Virus record (IMG/VR): IMGVR_UViG_3300026105_000241
Coordinates: 1-32,903 of that record
Length of the DNA stretch: 32,903 bases
Origin: a virus
Lineage: Duplodnaviria > Caudoviricetes
Reading direction: 5' to 3' (one strand)
Under the pieces are notes generated by a model. That model was not told the DNA's origin. It did not search any database and saw only the letters and a program-made list of their open reading frames with translations. A program made the translations under genes and the position numbers. Numbering within the stretch: the stretch's first letter is position 1; every line of letters starts with the position of its first letter. Below, piece by piece: positions 17,366 to 25,855 of this stretch.

Positions 17366-18569
17366 TTCTAAAAACTTTTTTATCTACATGATTATACAGT
17401 ACTTCTTTGTAGTTTTCTTTATATTTGCTTTTTGGAGCGCAGAGTCCGCACCCGCATGTATGTTTAGGACAGACAATAGTAGGCATAGTTCCTGTTTCTA
17501 GTTTTTGTCGTAGATCTTCTATTATTTTACGACCTTCACTGATTTTTCCGATAGGTCCTCTTGTTTGACCAAATTGCGCTTGGCAAGTTTGATGATGCCA
17601 CACTGTATCTGTCTGTTGTTCAAGATGTAGAAAGAACCAATTTACGCTGCAATTCCAACCTTTAAATTCTCTAAAATCAACAAAAGTACTTTTTCTGCTT
17701 TCTCCGTCTTTACTCAAACACATTTCTCGTGATCCGCAGCAAGGTCTCCCTATTTTATAACCTTTCTTTTCAGATTCTTGTTTTTTCTTATGTTCTACTT
17801 CTTTTGCTTTTTGTTCTTCTCTTGTAGGTTCACCTGTAGCTCTTAACCTATCAGAAACTTCTTTTTCGTTATTGATCTCTGCGTTTTTATATTTCCAATA
17901 ATTTTTCATATAATCAAGTTGTTCTTCATTATATGAATGTGCAAAATTATTCCTACTACCTGGTTCTTCACCTATAACTCTTGGAACATATTTTACATCA
18001 TTTTCATGTAACCAATCACACAATTCTTTACATTCATCAAAATAAGCAGCGTGAAACATTACATTTACACTAATAGAAAAATCGTGCTTAGGTCCTTCTG
18101 TATGAAGCTGCATGATTCTATCACGAACCTGTTGTTTCAACCTGTCGTCGCTTTCTGCATGATAGCTCACTGTTGCATGACCTAGATTTTCCATTAATGC
18201 ATCTGCCATTTTAGAACTCATAGCGCCATTTGTAGTGATTGCAAAACCACATTTCCATTTGTGACTATACTTTTCGTTATACTCTTTTCTAAGGTACTTT
18301 ACAAAAGGAATAAAATTAGGGTTAACTGTGGGTTCCCCGCCCGTAAATCCTATATTGGCCATTTTGAACTTCCTATATTCCATATATAGGTCTATGTACT
18401 CAAATATAAAATCTGTATTATTTTGAAGCTCCTCTAGTGTAGCATGTTTACTGAAATTATCATGCCTGTGAGCAGGGCAATAACTGCAATCATAGTTACA
18501 GCGTCTTCCTGTGTCCCAAGTTACCTGGAAAACATTGCCCGATAACAAATCTACTGTATCAAAGCTCAT
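17352..18569 (-). CDS. radical SAM protein with C-terminal Cys-rich domain (subfamily B)
   Basis: VTWDTGRRCNYDCSYC, TGGEP, RPCCG..C, FKGWNC...TC...CPKHTCGCGLC. Confidence 0.9.
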   Translation of the reverse strand: MSFDTVDLLSGNVFQVTWDTGRRCNYDCSYCPAHRHDNFSKHATLEELQNNTDFIFEYIDLYMEYRKFKMANIGFTGGEPTVNPNFIPFVKYLRKEYNEKYSHKWKCGFAITTNGAMSSKMADALMENLGHATVSYHAESDDRLKQQVRDRIMQLHTEGPKHDFSISVNVMFHAAYFDECKELCDWLHENDVKYVPRVIGEEPGSRNNFAHSYNEEQLDYMKNYWKYKNAEINNEKEVSDRLRATGEPTREEQKAKEVEHKKKQESEKKGYKIGRPCCGSREMCLSKDGESRKSTFVDFREFKGWNCSVNWFFLHLEQQTDTVWHHQTCQAQFGQTRGPIGKISEGRKIIEDLRQKLETGTMPTIVCPKHTCGCGLCAPKSKYKENYKEVLYNHVDKKVFRNVED

Positions 18570-19878
18570 TTATATAATCCTTAAATGCTGGTTCTATGTC
18601 TAATAAATTTTCTTGTCTAATTCTATCTAATGACCGTGTGTAACTAATAAATTCCTGCCAGTGAGAGTCGTAGTAGCTATCACTGTTCATATATTTACAG
18701 ACGCCCTCGGAGATATTTTTTGCCTGATTTACAGTATGTATGTCGAAATCGTTTTCATCTATCCAATCTACAAAAGATTCAAATCTTCTTGTTAATTTTT
18801 CTTTGGCCTTATCGGGTAAAACCCTAATATTGAGATGCTTTGGATGATGTGCAACGTGATGAGTAATTATTGGTCTACGCTTAGTTGAATTGATCCTATT
18901 AAAACCGCTTTCTGTTAGTTTCCATTTCATAAAGTCTATCATATGATTAACATTATAAGCAGTAACAGTAAAAGCAAGCCAGCCGTAAATGTTATTAGGC
19001 ATGTTATCTAGTCTTTGTAAATTTTTATATAACTTATCCCATTTGGCAGGATATCTTTGGTATTCTAAAACTTTACCATATCCGTCTATGCTAGCTCCAA
19101 CTCTCACCTGTTTAAATTCCTGCCATAAATTTGTAACCTTCTGCGGAAGAGTGCTCATATTTGTATTGTATTCTATAATAATATCTTTTGCGCAATTTTG
19201 GTCTATACATTTCTGTAGAAAATCATAGTGACGTTCGATCAACATTGGCTCTCCGCCGGCGAAATATATATGGCCTATGTTTTGAATGTGAGTTTCTAGG
19301 TACTCCCAAAAAGGTTCATAATTGGGCCAGTCATATTCTGACGCATGCAACTTCCCATCTGTTTCTTTAATTTCAACATCGCCGCTTGTTTCTTTAAAAA
19401 ATCTAGAACCAGTAAGTTTTATCCAATCGTCGTACCAGGCATTTGAATCAGTCGGTCCGCACATTCTACACTTTAAATTACAAAAATTACCAAATCTCAA
19501 ATCATAGTATTTTACAGGCGTTGCATTCACTTCAATGTATCCATTTTCATCAGTATCACTATTGGCCTGTTCTAGTGTATATGTCCACTGTTCTTGTTCG
19601 TACTGTCTGCGACTGTTTAAACCGCTCTCTTCTTCAGACTTACACCTACCGCATTCGTCGTTCCATACACCATTAAGCATGTTTATACGCATTTCTCTAA
19701 GAAGTTCTGCATTACGAGCTTCGTCTAGATCGTCACAGCCTGCATTATAAGCTGTACCGTCTTTTTTTCTAATTACGCCGCGATTTTTTGTAACATTCGC
19801 TTGACAGCATACACGAATATCACCATTTGCTCTAGCTGCTTGGAATATCCAAGGTATTGGACAAAAAGTTTTAGACAT
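18559..19878 (-). CDS. radical SAM protein with N-terminal SPASM/twitch-like domain (subfamily A)
   Basis: FCPIPW...GDIRVCC...ECGRC; DLRFGNFCNLKCRMC; AGGEP. Confidence 0.9.
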   Translation of the reverse strand: MSKTFCPIPWIFQAARANGDIRVCCQANVTKNRGVIRKKDGTAYNAGCDDLDEARNAELLREMRINMLNGVWNDECGRCKSEEESGLNSRRQYEQEQWTYTLEQANSDTDENGYIEVNATPVKYYDLRFGNFCNLKCRMCGPTDSNAWYDDWIKLTGSRFFKETSGDVEIKETDGKLHASEYDWPNYEPFWEYLETHIQNIGHIYFAGGEPMLIERHYDFLQKCIDQNCAKDIIIEYNTNMSTLPQKVTNLWQEFKQVRVGASIDGYGKVLEYQRYPAKWDKLYKNLQRLDNMPNNIYGWLAFTVTAYNVNHMIDFMKWKLTESGFNRINSTKRRPIITHHVAHHPKHLNIRVLPDKAKEKLTRRFESFVDWIDENDFDIHTVNQAKNISEGVCKYMNSDSYYDSHWQEFISYTRSLDRIRQENLLDIEPAFKDYINEL

Positions 19879-20698
19879 TTTTTATTTCTTTTATAACTTG
19901 TTCTACTCTAGAATCGGCCCATTCTCTTTCATAGCACCACCAACACTTACCGCATGTGGGAATATGCATGCCAGGCTTATAATGACTAAAGCTATTAACT
20001 ATTTCTTTTATCTCAGTATCTAGTTCAATATCTCCTTCGCAACTTCTAGTTTGCTCATAAAGATCTAATATATTATAGATATGATATTGTGCTACTATCC
20101 AGTCTTTTTGTACAAACCTAAATGGATGTGCAAAAACAGTGTCTAATCCTTTTCGTCTACTCCATAACTCGTCAAGTTTAGCATCTTTAGCATCACCGTC
20201 CCTGTTATTCATCCTGTCCTCTCTGTCGTCATTTTCAGGGTTTTTGCTAGTGGCATTAAAGACAGCATCAAGATTGTATTCCCAAGCGGCAAATTTATTA
20301 AAACTTCCGACAATAATCTGATCGCCGCTGCGGCCGTCAATAATTGGACCGCTTACGCCGTACTCTAGTTCAGGAGGAATGTATGTCGTAATGCGTTCAT
20401 TTATAATGTTAGGAAAATATTCTTTTAATTTATTAAAAACTTGTATACTCCACCATCCTTGCCAAGGCCTAGTTGTCCAACATCGTTGGTAAGTTATTAC
20501 ATTGACTTTAGTTTTAAGGTTATGTTTCTTAATTATACAACATAACAAATAGGTTAACAATGCACTATCCGCTCCGCCGCTCAAATTTACAGCAATATTT
20601 TCCCATTTAGGGTTAAAAACTATTTGTAAGTTGCTTATATTTTCTTTTATATAAGTGTTAGGAAGATCTTTATAGATCCTGTTGTTACTCTTGAACAT
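19871..20698 (-). CDS. QueC-like PP-loop ATPase (intact)
   Basis: LSGGADS; C-terminal TRSCE...CGKCWWC..R Zn-binding motif typical of the QueC fold. Confidence 0.8.
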   Translation of the reverse strand: MFKSNNRIYKDLPNTYIKENISNLQIVFNPKWENIAVNLSGGADSALLTYLLCCIIKKHNLKTKVNVITYQRCWTTRPWQGWWSIQVFNKLKEYFPNIINERITTYIPPELEYGVSGPIIDGRSGDQIIVGSFNKFAAWEYNLDAVFNATSKNPENDDREDRMNNRDGDAKDAKLDELWSRRKGLDTVFAHPFRFVQKDWIVAQYHIYNILDLYEQTRSCEGDIELDTEIKEIVNSFSHYKPGMHIPTCGKCWWCYEREWADSRVEQVIKEIKNV

Positions 20699-22028
20699 TT
20701 TCTATCCTTATCATTTGGTCGTCTTCTAACTTATACTTTTCAAAAAAATCATTAAAATCCTTTTGCCAAATTTTCTTGACTTTCTTTGTATATTCTTTGA
20801 ATGAATCCCAGTCTGTGCTTTCTATAGAATTATTATATATGTAAAGTTCTAAATTTTGCAAAGATTTTTCCAATGTAACTAAATCAACCCACATACCTTT
20901 TATATAGCTAAGATATTTTTTGCATTTTTCAAAGTTTTCTTCTCTATATTTGTATTCTTTTTTAATTATTTTCCTTACCTTTTCTAGATCTAGTTTAAGT
21001 TGGTCTTCGAAATGCAACCTTATCAATGCGGGGTTTAAATATGCTGGCGTGTAAACTATACTAAAATTTATCTCCTTACATTTAAGAGATAATAACGATT
21101 CAACAATATTCTCTATGTCCATCATTTGATAAACACTAGTAGTACAGACACAATTTATATCAATATTATCTGTTTTTTTATCAATGTAACTTTGAAGTTC
21201 TTGTATATTATTTTTTAATAATTCCCAGTCTCCGGACCTAAAATAAGGATATATGTTAGTTCCCGAATCTATACTAAGATGAATAGATGATTTATGAAAC
21301 TTTTTTAAAGCATAATATAAATTTTCAAAGTTTATATTCCTAATGTTAAAGTTAGTATAGAACATAATTTTTATGTTCTTGGCATTAGGATGTTCTGATA
21401 GTTTTTCAAGGGTTGGTAAAAACTGTTTCTGGTATAAAACTTCTCCTCCTGTAAAATCAACCCTTTGAAGGTTAGGAAAATTTTTATTCAAATCTTCTGC
21501 TATGTCTATTGCCTGTTTTTTACTGATTGAGATAGTAAAGTCGTCGTCATCGCTTTTTCGATGGAACTTTCTTGTTAACTGAATAAGATTATAGTCATAA
21601 TCTTTTTGGTCAGGTTCATAATTATTTAAAATGTTTGTCCAATTGCTAGAAAATACCTCACTACAATGTAGGCATGCCATATTACAACTATGACTAAACC
21701 TAATTTCTACTGTTTTTAAGCCCTTTAGATCAACTTCTCCAGTGTTTTCATTAACATAAGTAAAATCGGCAGGCAGTTCTTGTCTCATACTTTGGCCGGC
21801 GCCTTGTTCCTCTACATGCTGACACATGTCGCAACCTGTAGGCCATTTTCCGCGAAGCAAATCTAATCTGTGTTTTTTAAAATTAGGAGAATTAAAGAAT
21901 TCACTAGGTAAATAACTGCTTTCTTTTAAGTTGTGCAAGACATCAGTTTGTTGAGGACAGCTAGTTGCGTACCCATTTTTAAAATTTATTCCTCCTAATG
22001 CATACGCACAGGAAAGACTAGATTTCAT
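20685..22028 (-). CDS. radical SAM protein with N-terminal SPASM/twitch-like domain (subfamily A, divergent)
   Basis: SCAYA...TSCP...GCDMC; EIRFSHSCNMACLHC; TGGE. Start moved to the ATG at 22028 (MKSSLSC) to avoid an 80-nt overlap. Confidence 0.88.
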   Translation of the reverse strand: MKSSLSCAYALGGINFKNGYATSCPQQTDVLHNLKESSYLPSEFFNSPNFKKHRLDLLRGKWPTGCDMCQHVEEQGAGQSMRQELPADFTYVNENTGEVDLKGLKTVEIRFSHSCNMACLHCSEVFSSNWTNILNNYEPDQKDYDYNLIQLTRKFHRKSDDDDFTISISKKQAIDIAEDLNKNFPNLQRVDFTGGEVLYQKQFLPTLEKLSEHPNAKNIKIMFYTNFNIRNINFENLYYALKKFHKSSIHLSIDSGTNIYPYFRSGDWELLKNNIQELQSYIDKKTDNIDINCVCTTSVYQMMDIENIVESLLSLKCKEINFSIVYTPAYLNPALIRLHFEDQLKLDLEKVRKIIKKEYKYREENFEKCKKYLSYIKGMWVDLVTLEKSLQNLELYIYNNSIESTDWDSFKEYTKKVKKIWQKDFNDFFEKYKLEDDQMIRIENVQE

Positions 22029-23421
22029 CAAAAATGCACTCCATTTCAGGAAATATTTCTCGCCAGTTAGTGGTTCTTTGTTTATCACACAACTCAATAA
22101 ATTCTTTCATTTCGGGCAGTCGATTACTCCAATCTTCAGATTCCATAAAACTTAACATTCCTTCGAGCCGTTTAATTCCGTACTCGGCACTGCGCCATGT
22201 TGCATAATCTACTTTACCTTTATGCCATACAGGAATACTTTTCTCCCAGTTTTCTTCCCACCATGGATAAAATTCTTCGTATTTGCGGCGGCACTTTTTC
22301 TTAAACCATTCGGGCAATACTTTTACGTTAAGATGCGGCGGATGATATACAAAGTGATAATTAACACCTCCGGCACCGAAAGGCCACATGTTAATTTTAT
22401 TGAAGCCCTGTTCAACTTTCCATTTTATAAAATCAGGAAGATAATACACATTAAGAGCTTGTACAGCACATGCTACTGTCACTTCGACATTGTTTGTAGT
22501 TTCTTTATCTAATATATGAAAAACTTCTTCGGTTCGTTTCCATTCGCTGGGGTAACGAATATAATCATTCATCTCGTGTATACTATCAACAGAGTAATGA
22601 AATCTTACTAGTTTAAACTCTTTCCATAAATCAAAAAGGTCGTCTCTCCATTCTACTCCATTGGAGTTATAGCGAAGTTCTAGATTTTTTGCATATCCTT
22701 GACGTATGCATTCTTCTAGTATTTCATAGTGTTCTTCAATAATTAAACTCTCACCGCCGGCAAAGTAAATCTGCTGCATGTTTGGTATCTGTTCGTAAAA
22801 TTGCGTCCAAAAGGTAGGATTTTGTTTATGCCAATTATAAGAACTTCCGTTATAACTTCCCTTGTCTTGCCATTGCATTGTCTCTTTAAGACTTTCGTTT
22901 TCGACAGCAGGAAAAATTGCTTTGTAATCTTTAATCCAGCCAGAACTATCATGCGGAGAACACATTACACAAGCTAATTGACATTTGGTTCCAAAACGCA
23001 GATCTATATAAGCCAATTGCGGTGGAACGCTACCGTCTTCGTCGGTTTGTTCAATTAGTTTATCTACGTCAACTCGTTGTCCCCAATAATGCGTTTCCCA
23101 TTGTCTTTTACTACGATGTCCAGCAGCTTCTTCTTTGAAACACTTAGCACAACTCGGCGGTACTTCTCCGTTAAGCATTTGATTACGAATATTACGCATA
23201 TAACTGCTATTCCAAGCAGTTTCAAAATCACTTACATTAAGATTGTTAGGTTTTCCGTCTTCGGTTTTAAGTATACCAACTTGACCACCATGTTTTTTGT
23301 CATTTGTTGCTCCGACCGAGCTTGCATTTGCTGTACAGCATACCCGCATGCTTCCGTCCGGCCGTGTGCTAAGATGAACCCAAGGCAGTATGCAAAAGGT
23401 TTCAGATACTTTTTTTCCCAT
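22018..23421 (-). CDS. radical SAM protein with N-terminal SPASM/twitch-like domain (subfamily A)
   Basis: FCILPW...GSMRVCC...SCAKC; DLRFGTKCQLACVMC; AGGE; DYIRYP. Confidence 0.9.
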   Translation of the reverse strand: MGKKVSETFCILPWVHLSTRPDGSMRVCCTANASSVGATNDKKHGGQVGILKTEDGKPNNLNVSDFETAWNSSYMRNIRNQMLNGEVPPSCAKCFKEEAAGHRSKRQWETHYWGQRVDVDKLIEQTDEDGSVPPQLAYIDLRFGTKCQLACVMCSPHDSSGWIKDYKAIFPAVENESLKETMQWQDKGSYNGSSYNWHKQNPTFWTQFYEQIPNMQQIYFAGGESLIIEEHYEILEECIRQGYAKNLELRYNSNGVEWRDDLFDLWKEFKLVRFHYSVDSIHEMNDYIRYPSEWKRTEEVFHILDKETTNNVEVTVACAVQALNVYYLPDFIKWKVEQGFNKINMWPFGAGGVNYHFVYHPPHLNVKVLPEWFKKKCRRKYEEFYPWWEENWEKSIPVWHKGKVDYATWRSAEYGIKRLEGMLSFMESEDWSNRLPEMKEFIELCDKQRTTNWREIFPEMECIFDEI

Positions 23422-23424
23422 ACA

Positions 23425-23437
23425 AATATTTACCTAT
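23425..23437 (-). promoter_or_regulatory. ATAGGTAAATATT late-promoter-like element (copy 2)
   Basis: TAAATA sits 5 nt before the ATG at 23421; identical to 14406-14418. Confidence 0.65.
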
Positions 23438-23451
23438 TAAGTGCTATGTTT

Positions 23452-23481
23452 ATTATAATATGAACTATTTTTTGTAATCAA
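23452..23481 (-). promoter_or_regulatory. possible sigma70-type promoter TTGATT-N18-TATAAT
   Basis: -35 at 23481-23476 and -10 at 23457-23452, upstream of the 23421 gene. The AT-rich context lowers its significance. Confidence 0.4.
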
Positions 23482-23911
23482 ATTCGTTGTGATAGGCTTT
23501 ATTTTTTGCACATGTGCGTATACAACGACTGATATGTTTACCATGACGCGGGTCCCAGCTTTCTGCTAGAATTTCTTTGAACCAAGGATGAGAAAGAATT
23601 TCATCTATGCTTTTGTTTTTTAGACTATTCCAGTCGTCTGAAAAATCTGCAAAAGTTTCTTTAATATTATCTTTATTTCTAAAAAAACTGTCCCACAAAA
23701 AACAGCAAGGCCAAACAGTTTTGTCGCTCGCAATAAAAATTTCGCCTTCATGAACATATTTACATTTAATACTGCCTAAAACTTCTTTTAGTTTTTCTTC
23801 GTCGATATTGTTTTCTTGATAGTCCTTTATAAAATTGTCCAATTCCTCAACAATTTTTTTCTTACTGTGTTCCTTTTGACCTTTTGTAGTAATTTTTACT
23901 TTATTGCTCAT
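23465..23911 (-). CDS. C-terminal (SPASM-like) half of a split radical SAM protein (subfamily C)
   Basis: IKCK...IFIASD..VWPCC...SW......C...C aligns with the C-terminus of 25807-26889; possible own ATG at 23911 (MSNKVK). Confidence 0.75.
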   Translation of the reverse strand: MSNKVKITTKGQKEHSKKKIVEELDNFIKDYQENNIDEEKLKEVLGSIKCKYVHEGEIFIASDKTVWPCCFLWDSFFRNKDNIKETFADFSDDWNSLKNKSIDEILSHPWFKEILAESWDPRHGKHISRCIRTCAKNKAYHNEFDYKK

Positions 23912-24533
23912 TCTTTTCTTTCTTTTTTCGTATCTGTGCGACCCAATCGTTAAAACTATTTCGCATTCCGGTCCTAGTTGCAAACTTGAAGTTAAGTTCC
24001 TTTGCTCTTTTTTCTGCTAAAGGCAGTTCTTGTTCATTATGATCAAACACAATATAAATCCATGTAGCATGCTTAGCAGGAGCTGCATCAGAAAACGCTT
24101 GCATATTTCTGTCTACTACTTTATAAACAGTGTTTACTCTGTAAATGTGATTTGTATCTTTATATCCGTCGACACAGAAATGCACGTGGACAAGTCCCGG
24201 TCTTTTTGTAGCAATTACTCCTAGCTGTCTCCACCATTCTGCTCGTTGTATTCCGCCGTTGGTGCTTAGTTCACAGTATCCTCCTTTACTAGAAAGATAA
24301 TCAACCATCTCTAAACAATCTATATTCAGTGCAGGATCGCCTAATACTCCGCAAAATTTAAATTCTTTGTCTTTTATTGCTTGCTCGGAAGGAAACATCT
24401 GTTTTATATCATTTATGGTAATATAATTAATTGAATACAACCCTTCGAACTGCGTTCTAGCACAACCGGGACATGCAGCGTTGCAATCGCTGGTTATTTC
24501 AAGCTCTATTTTGCTGAGGTTTACTGCATACAT
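23901..24533 (-). CDS. N-terminal half of a split radical SAM protein (subfamily C)
   Basis: LEITSDCNAACPGCAR, CGVLGDP, VDG..DTNHIYR, VFDHNE; aligns with the first ~200 aa of 25807-26889. Confidence 0.85.
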   Translation of the reverse strand: MYAVNLSKIELEITSDCNAACPGCARTQFEGLYSINYITINDIKQMFPSEQAIKDKEFKFCGVLGDPALNIDCLEMVDYLSSKGGYCELSTNGGIQRAEWWRQLGVIATKRPGLVHVHFCVDGYKDTNHIYRVNTVYKVVDRNMQAFSDAAPAKHATWIYIVFDHNEQELPLAEKRAKELNFKFATRTGMRNSFNDWVAQIRKKKEKNEQ

Positions 24534-24536
24534 ATC

Positions 24537-24542
24537 TAAATA
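24537..24542 (+). promoter_or_regulatory. TAAATA late-promoter-like motif, 5 nt before GTG
   Basis: CTAAATACTTAT-GTG(24548) lies within the 14-bp gap between divergent genes. Confidence 0.5.
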
Positions 24543-24547
24543 CTTAT

Positions 24548-25855
24548 GTGAAATTTTTTAACATTCCCGTATTAGTGAAAAAACATAAAAAAATTGGTAA
24601 TAAGTTTTGTGCCGCTCCTTTTACTTCATTATACGAAGGAGAATTTGGTAAGGTAAGTGCCTGCTGTGCAATGCGCGACACGCTAGGATCTGCAGACGAA
24701 GAAGATTTTGAGTCGCTTGTAAACAATGAAAAATTCAAAAACGTAAGAAAATCTTTTTTGAATAATAAGTTTCCAAAAGAGTGTAAATCTTGTTCGAATT
24801 TCGAAAAAGAAACAGGAGAAATTGCCAGTGTAAGAAAAGATTCTAATAACTTTGGTAAAAATAATGTTGATAAAGCACTAAAAAATACAAACCCTGACGG
24901 CTATATGAAAAAACAATTTCCGGCTATGCTAGATTTGTTGTGGACAAATAAATGCAACTTTGCATGTTTAGGCTGTACAAGCGAATTGTCGAGCACAATT
25001 GCATTAAATTATAACGAAGCATACGCACTAGCTCATGGCTGCAATGCTGAAGATATGCCTAATATTCTTTGGCGTAATAGCAACGATAACAAAATAGATT
25101 ATATTCTTAAACATCAAGATACTATAGAAAAAATACATCTCAATGGCGGAGAACCTTTTTTACAAGAAGATGTCCACGAATTACTAGAAGTGATGATAAA
25201 ACACAATTTACATAAAAAAATAAAAATTTGGAGTCACACAAACGGAAGTATATCAAAGTACAAAGGTAAAAACATAATCGAAAATTATCTAATGGACTGG
25301 CCGGCAGGATGTGATATTTCTATGAGTCACGACGGTAACGGGGAAAAAGGCGAATACGTACGGTATGGTTTAAAACAAAAAAAATGGCTTAATACTATGA
25401 AACAGCTAAAAGAAGCCAATGTCCATGTCACTATACAAACAAGTTATACTATTTTTAATGCATTGCATTTAACTGATCTTCACAGATGGTATGATGACAA
25501 TACTCATGTTCCAGCTACCGAAAGGTCACTTATCCCTTGGCAGGATCCTTTTCCTTTTACAGCAAAATTTATTCAAATTGATCATAAATTATTAGCCAAA
25601 GCGAGTAACCAATTAACCCTTATAGAAAAAATCTTAGGTAACAAAGGATGGGGTAGAGAAATTCCTAAATTAAGATCTTTTCTGCATAGTGGAATTTCTC
25701 AAGAAGATTTAGAGAACGGAAAATATCGTTTTTTCCAGAGTATTAATAAATTCGACCAACTACGTAAGACTAACTTTATCGAAACATTTCCAGAATTAGG
25801 AGAATTTTATTGGAATTGTGCTGCAAAAGGATCGAACTCAGATCCACATTTTTGA
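24548..25855 (+). CDS. radical SAM protein with N-terminal SPASM/twitch-like domain (subfamily A), on the opposite strand
   Basis: FCAAPF...GKVSACC...ECKSC; NKCNFACLGC; NGGEP; EYVRYG; FDQLRKTNF...FPEL. Confidence 0.9.
   Translation: MKFFNIPVLVKKHKKIGNKFCAAPFTSLYEGEFGKVSACCAMRDTLGSADEEDFESLVNNEKFKNVRKSFLNNKFPKECKSCSNFEKETGEIASVRKDSNNFGKNNVDKALKNTNPDGYMKKQFPAMLDLLWTNKCNFACLGCTSELSSTIALNYNEAYALAHGCNAEDMPNILWRNSNDNKIDYILKHQDTIEKIHLNGGEPFLQEDVHELLEVMIKHNLHKKIKIWSHTNGSISKYKGKNIIENYLMDWPAGCDISMSHDGNGEKGEYVRYGLKQKKWLNTMKQLKEANVHVTIQTSYTIFNALHLTDLHRWYDDNTHVPATERSLIPWQDPFPFTAKFIQIDHKLLAKASNQLTLIEKILGNKGWGREIPKLRSFLHSGISQEDLENGKYRFFQSINKFDQLRKTNFIETFPELGEFYWNCAAKGSNSDPHF

Noticed and set aside
5796-20698. 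Canonical queuosine/7-deazaguanine DNA-modification cluster (queC/queE)
   Set aside because: No recognisable folE, queD or dpdA, and the radical SAMs are larger with auxiliary Cys domains unlike QueE, so gene symbols were withheld.
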